Shown: positions 38,559 to 50,361, counted from the first letter of the whole stretch. The stretch is DNA of 63,975 nucleotides, filler included, from Phoronis australis (GCA_002633005.1; 12 parts of 12 records of this genome joined end to end with filler, not necessarily neighbours in it); one strand, 5' to 3'. The notes: generated by a model not told the origin, from the sequence alone. Translations and numbers: made by a program.

Positions 38559-39238
38559 CAACAGTTTGTGCGTCCGAGAGCCGGGGCTCGCTTATTCACG
38601 GAACTTTGTGCTCGTCAGGGAATACATACGTCAAGGGCGCAAAAAACGCGTTAAAATTTGAACTAGACCCTTGGCCGACACAATTCCCACAGCATTTACA
38701 TGTAAAAGGTTACTTAACCCTTTATCTTAGCTTAAAGCTGTATTTCGTCCTGTTTAGCTGGCTGAAAGACGACACTCAAATTAGACCGTTTACTCTTATA
38801 AAATCAGTTTCATAATATTCCTTACCGTGATGTGATACAATTTGCGTTCAAGAAAATCGAAATCGTCATCGACTCAAGAAAACCAGCTTCATTATTTTTT
38901 GTGGTTGTTCAACCTTAAAATTCCGAATAAGAAAATCATGGCACATGAACGCATTGCCTTTGACTTGAGTTGCAGGCTCTTTGGGCAGTCTTTCAATTAG
39001 GATCTATTGAGCGTGATAATGTTTTGATACCCCAAAGTACTTCGGTCCACAATTCAAACGTTGACGATGAATATATAGGGCCGCCCCGGATCTAATACAC
39101 AGCGACACTCGAATCTCGCTGTATTTGCCCGCAATGCCGTAAACATCCGTCAGGCACGTTTGGTGCCACTGGAGTTTCACATGTAATTTGTTGTTGTTTG
39201 ATTCATTGACACTTTTCGTGGCTGCATTACTCCTTCCA

Positions 39239-39385
39239 ACGCCAAGGAAGTATTACTGCAACTCCGACGTGAGAAAATTTGGTAAACTGGACAAATACCG
39301 GTGGATGCGTGATCTGAAATGCTTTACCTTCACCAAATCAATGAGAGACACGAAAATGTGCCTGATTTCCAAAACGAGGTCATAA
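39239..39385 (+). pseudogene. Decayed THAP-like transposase N-terminus (KolobokP-like?)
   Basis: PRKYYCNSDVRK..WMRDLKCFTFTK..DTKMC resembles CxSDxR..FxxFPK..CxxW. Confidence 0.35.
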
Positions 39386-39569
39386 ATTTTCTTATCTCCG
39401 GGACAAAGGAGGGTTCTATCGCCTTGTAGGCCTAATCCGGGACGGCTCTGCCCTTGAACAGAAATTTTAGTGATAATCAGATCTCTTAAAGCTTCCAAGC
39501 ATCATAATTAGCTGTATACTTGGTCAACCCTCACAACTTATATCAAAACTCCTTACAGACTCTACTAAT

Positions 39570-40030
39570 TTAGCACTGACAAGCGTGACGAACGCCATGG
39601 GTGACCCAATTACCGGATGTGAATAAGGATTGTCGTCGTATAACCAGAGCCTCCATTACTGTCTGTGTATTAAGGAAGTGTTTAAGAAAAACAGGGGAAG
39701 TACACATTGACAAATAACACATGGCAGAACCAGTTTTGGGTAAAACTGTCAGTACGGGGCTTAGTATCCTTTTAGTGGACAATTTTCTGCTGTACCAACC
39801 TCTCTGCTTTCCAAATCCACACGGTAAATGTCGCTTCCCATTTCTCCATCTGGTCTGGAAAACGGAGCAGTTATATAGCAAGTTCCCTCTCCATCGAAGA
39901 ACACCTCGCTCCAGGCGTGTGGCTTGAAAAATGAACTGTTTAGTACCAAAGTAACGCGTGGTTCGACAATATATACACCATTTAAAAACGGTAGTATCGA
40001 AATACCGATCAGCAACAGACTGGCTAACAT
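39570..40030 (-). pseudogene. Frameshifted secreted protein, possibly cystine-knot (spaetzle/IL-17-like)
   Basis: Signal-peptide-like MLASLLLIGISILPFLNG. One frameshift near 39778 joins ENCP to KRILSP..MEALVI..GNWV..VRHACQC*. Confidence 0.35.
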
Positions 40031-41205
40031 CGTGTTTGTTCAGCGTATGATGAGATCTTTTTTAGCTTTATCCAGCCAGGTAGGTATCGAAGACAACACC
40101 GAGTACCTAAAACTTGCAACACAGATTAGTGGGTCAAAGTGTTCTCCAAATCTCGAAGAGTTGTGATAACTTGGGTGACATTTCCTGACTATCACAGCCG
40201 ATAACGGCGGATGATTGAGCTTCTTTCTTATACGCTAGGGCCCTTGCTCGCCTGAGGGCAAAGGTGCCTCATTGTACCTTCTTAGAGCTACGGGTTGATG
40301 AGAAAATCGACCTCCGGCCAATTCGGGGAATATCCGTGTTTTTTAAAATAGGGGAATGGGGTGTATCAATTGCTCTGTAAGCTGTGCCAGCGATGTTTAC
40401 CTTGACGTGGTAGTTTATCTATACGGACACTTGGATACAGGCTGAAACCTCGTGGAACACAGTTTGACCTAATTTTCAATACCCATTGAAGCTGTATGTA
40501 TAGTAATATTCACTTTAAAATAGATCGACAATTTTGCATTTTCGATCTGGTCACGCCATTTTTAATCCATAAGATCACTAAAAATTACGTCAACATACAC
40601 TGTTTAAGGACATTAGATTCCAAAACAACATGATTTATCAACGAAATTTGTGCCTGGACATTTATTAGTGAACTAGTCATAAATTTTGGCCATTTAGACC
40701 AAAAGTCCAGTCTTATACATGTAAACCCATTTCGTAGCAGGCTAACTTTCGGTCTTAGCTTACACCAAATTCGGTCGTAATTTTAATTTTAAGAAATTTC
40801 CTGAAACGTGGGTAAGATGTTTTGGTCTTGTGTTAGCGCGATTCCGGTTTAAGTTAAAACAGAAAGAAAAATTCTCATGAAACGAGCCCCTGTTGTCGAC
40901 ATTTGTTTCGCGACACCTATGACATTTCTTTCGTTTCTCACTTTTTAAAAAATATAATCTACTGAGACGAGCAAACACTTTGCGGGGTTTGTTTTTAATT
41001 TTTACTTATTGATTAGTGTTTCAAACCTGGTTTACCACCTTACGTTAGAAACTCTGTCAATTTCACCGCACTTTGTACGTCGTTAAAAGATTTGTACAGT
41101 AAAGCGAGGTGTGAAGCAAAGTAAATTATGCCTCCCTTTCCTTGACGTCATCAGGACCATATAACAGAGAGCTAGCTTACAAACAGTGAAAATGCTTTAT
41201 GTATA

Positions 41206-42171
41206 CAGTGGCAGATCTAGGATGTCACAAGGGGGGGGCAACTTCTTGTCCGGCTGTAAGCATTTGCGCAAACTGAACCACGATAGATGTGCATAGCACC
41301 GAAGTGGGGGGAGGTCGGGAGGTGGGTTTGCCCCCCTCCCGCCCAAGAAATTTTTCTGTTTTTACCTCTAAAAATCAAGCATTTTCCTTGATTCCTGAAG
41401 ACAAAAGAGGCAAAAAAGAAAAGAAAAACGGAGAACATGTCGAACAGAAAAAACTGCGAGAACCTAAGACTCGAACTCACTACCTGGCGAATAGAGCGCG
41501 CGTGCGTTACCGCTACACCACCACAACTTAACTCAAATATATCTCTAAGAGACCTACTTATTTATGGTCCACAGCGTTTGCGCGCGAAACCTACTTCTTT
41601 TTGTAATGCTTATTACACGCTTTATATTTTGTGCCATCAATTCTTAACAAATTTGTCGTATTTAAAATAGTCTTCAAATGCCCAAAAGACCAAATCCGTT
41701 TTTCGTATTGGCAATAATGACGGGATTGCTTTGGAAATCGTCTTAAGATAAGGTTTGACAAAGAGAGTATTGCGAGTTTCTGAGTGATTCACTAAGGCTT
41801 CGATTAAAATTCACATCTTACCAGCAGCTTCTGTTTTTTCATCGTCACTCAGGTTCCATTTTCTTTAAAAAATGAAGTAAATTTTCTTCATTGCACAGTG
41901 GAGCAGACGACGGAAACTGAGTCGTAGTGCGCAGCGCCTCTGCCAGTCGCTTGGGATATCGCGGGAGAGCCTATACTTAGCCATAGTTCCGTTACGAATG
42001 CGCCGTGTTCCGAATTTGACACTTGAAATTGGATTTGAGTCCCCCCCAACACTAAAACTGCACACATTTAAATCTTTTTTCATCCGTATAATTTTAATTA
42101 CCGGGATTAATTAATAAACTCAACGGGGGGGGGGGGGCAGGCCCCCTGGGCCCCCCCTAAGTCCGCCTATG
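41206..42171. mobile_element. hAT5-like non-autonomous element (966 bp) with 5-bp TSD
   Basis: CAGTGGCAGATCTAGG / CCTAAGTCCGCCTATG ends. GTATA duplicated at 41201-41205 and 42172-42176. A very similar inverted copy is at 63347-63975. Confidence 0.8.
41448..41527 (-). ncRNA. tRNA-derived Pol III-like cassette inside the hAT5-like element
   Basis: A box TGGTGTAGCGG, B box AGTTCGAGTC, T6 terminator. Confidence 0.5.
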
Positions 42172-42453
42172 GTATAATACCTCATTTTGTATTCCCATTG
42201 TATACCTTCGGAGTTCTTTGATCTATTTTCGGACTCGTTCGACTACTTTCACGACCCCTGTTGGCAATTTGTTTTGCGTCTGCGGCTGTATCATCTTAAC
42301 TCCTTGTAACTATTTTTATTTTTTTGAGTCTACCACCTCTTTATTCGACAAACCACTCAAAGGATCATTGTAAAAACTTAGCAGATGTGTTCCTGATGAG
42401 ACCATCGCGGCTGACGTTGATTATCTTTTTGCGTCCTCGGCTGTGTCCCCTTA

Positions 42454-43690
42454 GAGTAACATGGGGCAAAAAACCTACGCAGGGGCAAAAAACTTACCCG
42501 GGGTTAAACGCCTACCCTCTATAAGTCGGAAATTATACAACGTAGGCAGCCACGTGATGCATTACGTCTTCCGGTTTCACACGATCATCTGCTGACACGT
42601 TTTTTTTGGAGCTCAGACTTCAACGGTATGTTTATGAGCTATGCTTCTTTGTTTACATTGGTATTCTTGTAAAAACGACACTTCGTTACTTTTAGTGTCG
42701 TATGCGTTACTAATAAAAACTGACAGTTCAGATGATTTTTCCTGCTAAATCAGTCCATTAAGTTGTTGTTAGAGTCTTTTACTTTGACTTATCTCCCTTA
42801 TAGAAGGCTGTTCACTGGGGGCAAAAAGCCTCCATGCATGTGGGGCAAGATGCCTACATGGGCCTTTTGCCCCAGTGTAGTGGGCGTTTTGTCCCGTACA
42901 CTTAGAACTGTGTCAGTAGAAGTGTGCTCTGCCTTTAAACAACGTACTCGAATTTTAAATAGCGTTTTTTTCCCATTTGAATGATATGATTACTGTTTTT
43001 ATTTACTTGGCACATTTATAACGCTAACGGGTGAAGGGATAGGTAAAAAGGTTAGGTCCTACATTGTGTAACTTTGTTTGATGCTTGTTTTTTAGAAATT
43101 TAAAGAGAATATCTAAATGTTACCGACTTGAAGATCTTGATAATATTATACATTCGGTATATTGGTTTTAGAGATGGTACGAAAGTATGAAAGGAAAACA
43201 GAAAGGGAAAAGTATGGAGAAGAAATGTTACAAGCAGCACTAAAGGCATTAGTTGAAGCAGTCCCTCTGTTCAGGGCTAGCAAAGAGTTCGGAGTTCCGG
43301 CCCTAACCCTCCGGCGTCACCGGGACAGTCACGTGGATGAACCGGGCACATTAAAGTTTGCAAGATTCAACCCAGATTTCCCTGTCAGGGTCGAAATAAA
43401 GCTTAAGACACATGTAGAGGCAATGCGGCGTCGTTAATTCGGGCTTTGCATGCATGACTTGCGCAGACTTGCTTTCGATGTCGCTGAAACCGCTGGCCTT
43501 GATAACCCCTTCAACAAGACCACAAAGTTGGCAGGAACAGACTGGGAGAAGGCTTTCCTCAGGCGACACGACCTCAGTCGGGCTTGCGGGTTATGGCCTT
43601 TTGACCCAAGCGTGTTTAGAGATGAAGACTTCGAAGTGTCCTTCATGATGACCTTGGAGGAAGAAAAAGATGCTGCAGTCGCCGGTCATA
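42454..43690 (+). mobile_element. pogo/Fot1-like DNA transposon, internally deleted
   Basis: TA then GAGTAACATGGGGCAAAA with repeated GGGGCAA(A/G)A motifs (42460-42500, 42817-42895), followed by a transposase remnant. Confidence 0.65.
43174..43690 (+). pseudogene. pogo-like transposase remnant (HTH_psq + CENP-B HTH, DDE core deleted)
   Basis: MVRKYERKT..ASKEFGVPALTLRRH; in-frame stop at 43435; FGL..DLRRLAFDVAE..PFN..AGTDW..FLRRH fused directly to the C-terminal CGLWPFDPSVFRDEDF. Confidence 0.8.
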
Positions 43691-43774
43691 GACTCTATTC
43701 ACGCGGCGGCCATTAAAATCTAAAGCGAGGCTCACTGCGATAAACAATGCGGAAGTTGACATTGTGCTAGTGAA

Positions 43775-43940
43775 ATGGCTGGTACTTCATGTCCAACCTG
43801 GACATTGAATCTTAGAAATGTTCCAATAATAAGCCACGGAGACGTCGAAAAATACGTTAGAGGGCAACTCAATGCCCCAAAGAGTTGCCTGACGAAAGGT
43901 TATAAGTTTTTTTCAGAAAACTACATTGGAAACATGAAAG
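43775..43940 (+). CDS. First exon of a probable SWIM/YqaJ (lambda-exonuclease) transposon accessory protein
   Basis: W..NL..VP.IS..DV..YV..KGYKFFSENYI motif; AG|GTAAAT donor. Preceded by the element-like end GACTCTATTCACGCGGCGGCCAT at 43691. Confidence 0.45.
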
Positions 43941-44367
43941 GTAAATATGACAATCGTGTTATGGATTTCGGCATATGTTNNNNNNNNNNNNNNNNNNNNN
44001 NNNNNNNNNNNNNNNNNNNNNNNTTAATTAATTAANNNNNNNNNNNNNNNNNNNNNNNNNNNNNNNNNNNNNNNNNNNNGCTTCGACCGGGAAATTATCG
44101 TCTGCTAAAGTAGGTTACCACTGGTAACTGAATATAATTCTCAAGTCAAAGATCCCGACGACACGATACCTGCATTCAAACTGGAGATCGGTGATTTACA
44201 AGTAAGAGGACATGAGAGAAAAATTTCACTGGATTAAGATATCATTTTTATGGAAATTGTGTGTCTTATTTTTCGGAGCGTATAAGTACAGTACAATGCG
44301 GTTTGTTGAACGTACGATTATTGCGCGTGCTCATTTAAGTATTCTATTTTCACACTGGATGACGTCA

Positions 44368-44440
44368 GTCGCTTCGTGGTGTAGTGGTTAAGGTCGGCGA
44401 CCAGCTAACTCAAGGTCCCGGGTTCGACTCCGTCCTCGGT
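44368..44440 (+). ncRNA. tRNA-derived cassette, copy 1
   Basis: A box TGGTGTAGTGG at 44377, B box GGTTCGACTCC at 44421. No proper acceptor or anticodon stems. Confidence 0.55.
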
Positions 44441-45223
44441 TTCCCGCCAAATCGTTATCTCACTAGTGAGATAACTATATGGGTTATTACACGGTTGTAT
44501 CTGCCATTTGGCGCTAATATTGTGGTATAAAGATTATTATATATAGATTATTACATGGCGAAGTCGTTATCCCCCGTTATCTAGAGCCCTCGTGGATTTT
44601 GGAGAATTATCGCCCGAGGGGCGTTAGCCCCGAGGGTGATAATTCTCCAAAATCCACGAGGGGGATAACGGCTGAGAACATGTAATAATCTATTTATACC
44701 ACGTACTAAACGAGAAACATTGCAATGAATCGATTTACCTTTTCTGACTCTCCACGGCTTTGTAACTACTTTCTATGTCAGAGGCCCGGGGTCGGAGGTC
44801 GTGACCTTTTAAAAAAAGCCGAGCTATTTTTGTCAAATAATGCTTTTACTCAAAACCAATTGAAAACTTAAATATAATAGAAATAAATTGAATTTATAAA
44901 TTAAGGTTTACCAACTATTATAGCTTAAAACACGTTTTTTTCATCGGGAAATTATCGTTTGTTAAAGTAGGTTACCACTGGTAACTGAATATAATTCTCA
45001 AGTCAAAGATCCTGACGACACGATACCCGCATTCAAACTGGAGATCGGTGATTTACAAGTAAGAGGACATGAGGGAAAAATTTCACTGAATTAAGATATC
45101 ATTTTTATGGAAATTATGTGTCTTATTTTTCGTAGCGTATAAGTACAGCACAATGCGTTTGTTGAACGTGCGATTATTGCGCGTGCTCATTTAAGTATTC
45201 TATTTTCACTCTTGATGACGTCA

Positions 45224-45296
45224 GTCGCTGCATGGTGTAGTGGCAAAGTCGGCGACCAGCAATTCGTGGGTCCCGGGTTCGACTCCGTCCTCGGTT
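45224..45296 (+). ncRNA. tRNA-derived cassette, copy 2
   Basis: Same A and B boxes as copy 1; sequence between the boxes has diverged. Confidence 0.55.
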
Positions 45297-45587
45297 TCCC
45301 GCCAAATCGTTATCTCACTAGTGAGATAACTTTATGGGTTATTACACGGTTGTATCTGCAATTTGATGCTAATATTGTGGTATAACACTTATTATCAGAA
45401 GCGTATCTACCTAACTAATGAGGCCTAATCTTCAGGCATCAAGTGCTGAGGGAACCTCATTTTGTATTTTCCGCTCGGGTTCACGCACAAACCAGCCGAC
45501 ACACGTTACAGCCACGTTAGTCACAAAGGGACCCCAAAAATGTTTCCTGCCAATGTCTTTTATTGAATAAGATTCCATGCATTTCAG

Positions 45588-45787
45588 CGAAATGCAATCA
45601 ACGAATCATTAAGACCAAGGAGGGTACGTTTGTGTGGCCACAGACTAAGCACGGCATCACGGTGAATGTATCCTGTCCCTATGGAGCCAAGAATGAATCG
45701 GTTGAAGGAACAGCCTACGCCACGTGTAGTCTTGGACAATACAATGATACCGCGTGGTCGGGAATTGACGTAACTAGATGCAAAGAA
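45588..45787 (+). CDS. Adhesion GPCR hormone-receptor (HormR) domain exon
   Basis: tttcAG acceptor, GTGAGT donor. C..GTFVWPQT..G....SCP....AYATC....W...D...C is the HormR signature. Confidence 0.85.
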
Positions 45788-46421
45788 GTGAGTTTTGTAG
45801 ATCAAAAGCACGTGACACATACATCTCATTTTTAGTCTCGTGCAATTCCTTGTATTAATTTTTTTAGCAGCTTCAAACATGTCTTTAGCGGTACGTGTTC
45901 CTACACCAGTCTTAGCCAATACTCATCTCTTAAACAGACCTGTTTAGGGATTGCTTTAATTACCGACTAACACCAGTCTGAGCTCATTGATGCCATGAAT
46001 TGCTAAACATCTACGTAACATATTCTTTCTTTACACTTCACAGTCGATGTCAAGTATTCCTAAATGGTTCTTATTCATTCCCTTGCGTACATTCATTCAC
46101 TCACTAATAAGACAGAGCTCAGAGGAGAAGGGGACACTTTTGTACAATGCTCGATTGTCTGCCAGTAAAACCAGGGACTCCCAAACGAGTGTTCGGAGCT
46201 CAAACCGCTGAGCCGCACTGTATCCCCTGTCTTCATTGCCTTTTTTCAATGAATCTCAGTCATACCTACAACTATCAACAATATCCGCACACTCGCCTTT
46301 CACAAAGGTGTTGCATAGGCGNNNNNNNNNNNNNNNNNNNNNNNNNNNNNNNNNNNNNNNNNNNNTTAATTAATTAANNNNNNNNNNNNNNNNNNNNNNN
46401 NNNNNNNNNNNNNNNNNNNNN

Positions 46422-47170
46422 TGAAAATCTAACTGTCTCAAAAATGGCAAACCGTGGTTGAGATTTTTGAGGGTTTCTGCCAGGCACAATCCAGAGTATA
46501 TTTTGCCTGCCGGTCATAGGGCATTTAGTGACCTGTGACATGTATTGAATCTCATGCAATTGTTTTTGTGGTATCTCGAATGTATGTGCTAGCTCATTTT
46601 TGGGGGGTCTTTTTTGGTTTCTGCCGGACCCATTCCAGAGTGCAGTTTGTCTGTCATGGGTCATTCAATGTTCAGTGCGGTACTATTGTTTGTTTTAAAT
46701 CTGTTTTGGCTGGTACCTCGAAAATCTAGTCTAGATCAAATTTTGATGGCATACCGTGGTTGAGATTTTTGGGGGTTTCTCCCGGGCACAACCCAGAGTG
46801 TAATTTGTCTGTCATAGGGCATTTAGTGATCTGTGACATGTATTGAATCATATGGAATTGGTTTTGTGTGGTACCTCGAATGTATGTGCTAGCTCATTTT
46901 TGGGGGGTCCATTTTTGGTTTCTGCCGGACCCATTCCAGAGTACAATTTGTCTGTCATGGGTCATTTGGTGTTCAGTGCGGTACTATTGTTCGTTTAAAA
47001 TCAGTTTTGGCCGGTACCTCGAAAATCTAGTCTAGCTCAAATTTTTGATGGCATACCATAGTTGAGATTTTTGGGGGTTTCTGCCGTGCACAATCCAGAG
47101 TGTATTTTGTCTGTCATAGGGGTTTTAGTGATCTGTGACATGTATTGAATCACATGGAATTGATTTTGTG
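46422..47170. repeat. About 300-bp satellite (two related ~150-bp halves), about 2.5 units
   Basis: AAAATCTA..ATGGCA.ACC at 46424, 46721 and 47022. TTTCTGCC..CCAGAGT occurs twice per unit. Confidence 0.85.
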
Positions 47171-47323
47171 TGATTGGGCTGTTTGTAAGGCCCCCAGGGG
47201 TCACACCCAGAGTGCAGACAACGGCAGACGTCCATTTCTGTACATACTGGGGTGGACTTTAAATGCTCCCGTGGTCAGATGTTGGTACCTCGTTCATCTA
47301 TGCTAAGTGCTCTGGGCTGCCGG

Positions 47324-50300
47324 TCTATACTACTATTACATAAACGAATTAAACGAAGCACGGGCATTTAAAGTCGCTGAATCCTTGTATTTTACTACTT
47401 TTATTGATTTTGAGTAGTTTGGAAATGAAACTAGACAAGAGTTTGAGACTTTTCTCAAAATTTTGTTTTTTCAACGGACACGTCTATTTTTAATCGACAA
47501 AATAATCTTGACAAAAGTAGAAAGTCTAACGGCCACGACTTTATTTCCGGGAACAAAAATGTTCTGCGAATATTGTTAGAGACTGCAAGGACACGCGGCT
47601 TTGGGGATTATGGGTATCTGGATCAGGAATCGAGTCGATGTTTCACTTGCAAAATTTCGGTTAAATTTGAATTTTTACTGTCTTTTAGACAAACTCGGGT
47701 CCAGCCGTTTGGGAAATATAGAGGAGTACATTAAAACTTAAAAGCGTCGGTTGACGGCGTGCATTCGTAGTAGGCAATACGAAATTCATAAAAATGAACA
47801 AACTGATCTAAAATGAGTTTTTGTCCACAGTAAGATTAAAAACCGGACGATCACCGCACAAATATAAAAGTTCATGTTAAATCAACGTGTGTTGGCACTT
47901 GTTGTCCTAAAATGTTGTAAATATGATCCTGATGATGTCTAATGAATAGACGAAACGTTGATTGAACATGAACTTTTTTATTTGTGCGGCGATCGTCCGG
48001 TTGTTGATCTAAAATTACAAGCTGTTTCCCACCCAGAAATACCGTCAAAATATACATGCAATGCACTGTTAAAGGCTTATTTTCTCATAGTAGGCCTATG
48101 CACCACCTAAAACGCGAACTGTCGTCCTGGCACTTTATTCAAAAACACAGAATATATTTCAACCCTCTCTATAATCATAAAAAAACGATTTCCATCCTCA
48201 CACGTACGGTTCTGAGCACTACCAAGTGAAAAAGAGTGTCTCTCTGTAAAATGTCATGTTAGCGGGCCGCTTCATTGGTTTTGATTGTAGAAATTGGGAA
48301 TCATGCAGAAACCAATTTCTACGGAAACTTTCGACACTGATCGGAGATTCACGTGTCTTGCCTGTAATTAGGGAAGTTTGGAAAAAAACATTCCCTTAAT
48401 TTTACTATGGCACGGAAGATTCTTTTGTGTGGGAGCTCGACATCACTTTCACTCGAAACCGTAGAAAGAAAACCACGATTGATGATAACTGATCGGTAGA
48501 AAATGAGGTCGTTCACGAGAATCGGGATGCGGTCACCGAGAAAAGAATTGGGTTAAAAATGAATTGCACCCTGTTGAAAAAACAAGAACAACAGTTCATA
48601 AGAAAAAATGCGTTAATGAGAAAGAGACACTGTTAATGAAAACGGCCATGCAGACCGTGAGGCAGCCCTGCTTTCCCTGATTTCGGGCATTGAATCACAA
48701 ATGGCTTGGAAACTGAAAAGGAAAATTGCCAAATATGTAGAGATTACGAGCTGAGACACATGGTACTACTATTACATAAACGAATTAAACGAAGCACGGG
48801 GCATTTAAAGTCGCTGAATCCTTGTATTTTACTACTTTTATTGATTTTGAGTAGTTTGGAAATGAAACTAGACAAGAGTTTGAGACTTTTCTCAAAATTT
48901 TGTTTTTTCAACGAACACGTCTATTTTTAATCGACAAAATAATCTTGACAAAAGTAGGAAGTCTAACGGCCACGACTTTATTTCCGGGAACAAAAATGTT
49001 CTGCGAATATTGTTAGAGACTGCAAGGACACGCGGCTTTGGGGATTTTGGGTATCTGGATCAGGAATCGAGTCGATGTTTCACTTGCTAAATTTCGGTTA
49101 AATTTGAATTTTTACTGTCTTTTAGACAAACTCGGGTCCAGCCGTTTGGGAAATATAGAGGAGTACATTAAAACTTAAAAGCGTCTTTTGACGACGTGCA
49201 TTCGTAGCAGGCAATACGAAATTCATAAAAATGAATAAACTGATCTAAAATGAGTTTTTGGCCACAGTAAGATTAAAAACCGGACGATCGCCGCACAAAT
49301 ATAAAAGTTCATGTTAAATCAACGTGTGTTGGCACTTGTTGTCCTAAATTGTTGTAAATATGATCCTGATGATGTCTAATGAATAGACGAAACGTTGATT
49401 TAACATGAACTTTTTTATTTGTGCGGCGATCGTCCGGTTGTTGATCTAAAATTACAAGCTGTTTCCCACCCAGAAATACCGTCAAAATATGCATGCAATG
49501 CACTGTTAAAGGCTTACTTTCTCATAGTAGACCTATGCACCACCTAAAACGCGAACTGTCGGCCTGGCACATTATTCAAAAACACAGAATATATTTCAAC
49601 CCTCTCTATATTCATAAAAAAACGATTTCCATCCTCACACGTACGGTTCTGAGCACTACCAAGTGAAAAAGAGTGTCACTGTGCAAAATGTCATGTTAGC
49701 GGGCCGCTTCATTGGTTTTGATTGTAGAAATTAGGAATCATGTAGAAACCAATTTCTACGGAAACTTTCGACACTGATCGGCGATTTCCGTGTCTTGCCT
49801 GTAATTAGGGAAGTTTGGAAAAAACATTCCCTTAATTTTACTATGGCACGGGATTCTTTTGTGCGGGAGTTCGACATCACTTTCACTGGAAACCATAGAG
49901 AGAAAACCACGATTGATGATATCTGATCGGTAGAAAATGAGATCGTTCACGAGAATCGGGATGCGGTCACCGAGAAAAGAATTGGGTTAAAAAGGAATTG
50001 CACCCTGTTGACAAAGCAAGAACAACAGTTCATAAGAAAAATGCGTTAATGAGAAAGAGACACTGTTAATGAAAACGGCCATGCAGACCGTGAGGCAGCC
50101 CTGCTTTCCCTGATTTCGGACATTTATTTTTTTCAAATACGTGTCGCCGAATCCACTCAGAAACACCTATAACGTGACGGAGGAGAAAACGACACAGATA
50201 TCAAACGTGGTGTATATCAAGGAATAAAGATTTGAAAGTCGGCAGCACCGTTTATCAATTTCGTAGGTAGGGTACCGGGGTGGCACGTGACAATTTCTGA

Positions 50301-50361
50301 CGCATCAGCGGCAAATCCTGGGTGTCGGCGACTGAGGGTTGTAACCCGCCGACGAGGCCAG
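47324..50361 (+). mobile_element. Non-autonomous Helitron candidate
   Basis: 5' TCTATACTACTATTA. 3' hairpin GTCGGCG..CGCCGAC then CCAG|T (CTAG variant). Left flank is G rather than A. Confidence 0.5.
47328..50124. repeat. About 1437-bp tandem duplication
   Basis: 47328-48691 is nearly identical to 48764-50124, with scattered substitutions. Confidence 0.95.

Larger units (their letters stand above)
44088..45385 (+). mobile_element. Tandem 857-bp element with large hairpin and tRNA-like cassette (Crypton-like?)
   Basis: 44088-44530 is repeated at 44945-45385. Imperfect palindrome at 44522-44702. 22-bp perfect palindrome GTTATCTCACTAGTGAGATAAC in both copies. Confidence 0.55.

Noticed and set aside
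41865-42083. 72-aa ORF conserved with 63482-63703
   Set aside because: Conservation simply reflects two recent copies of one non-autonomous element; no domain recognised.
44368-44440. Functional tRNA genes (here and at 45224, 41448, 13030)
   Set aside because: A and B boxes are present, but the acceptor, anticodon and T stems do not pair.
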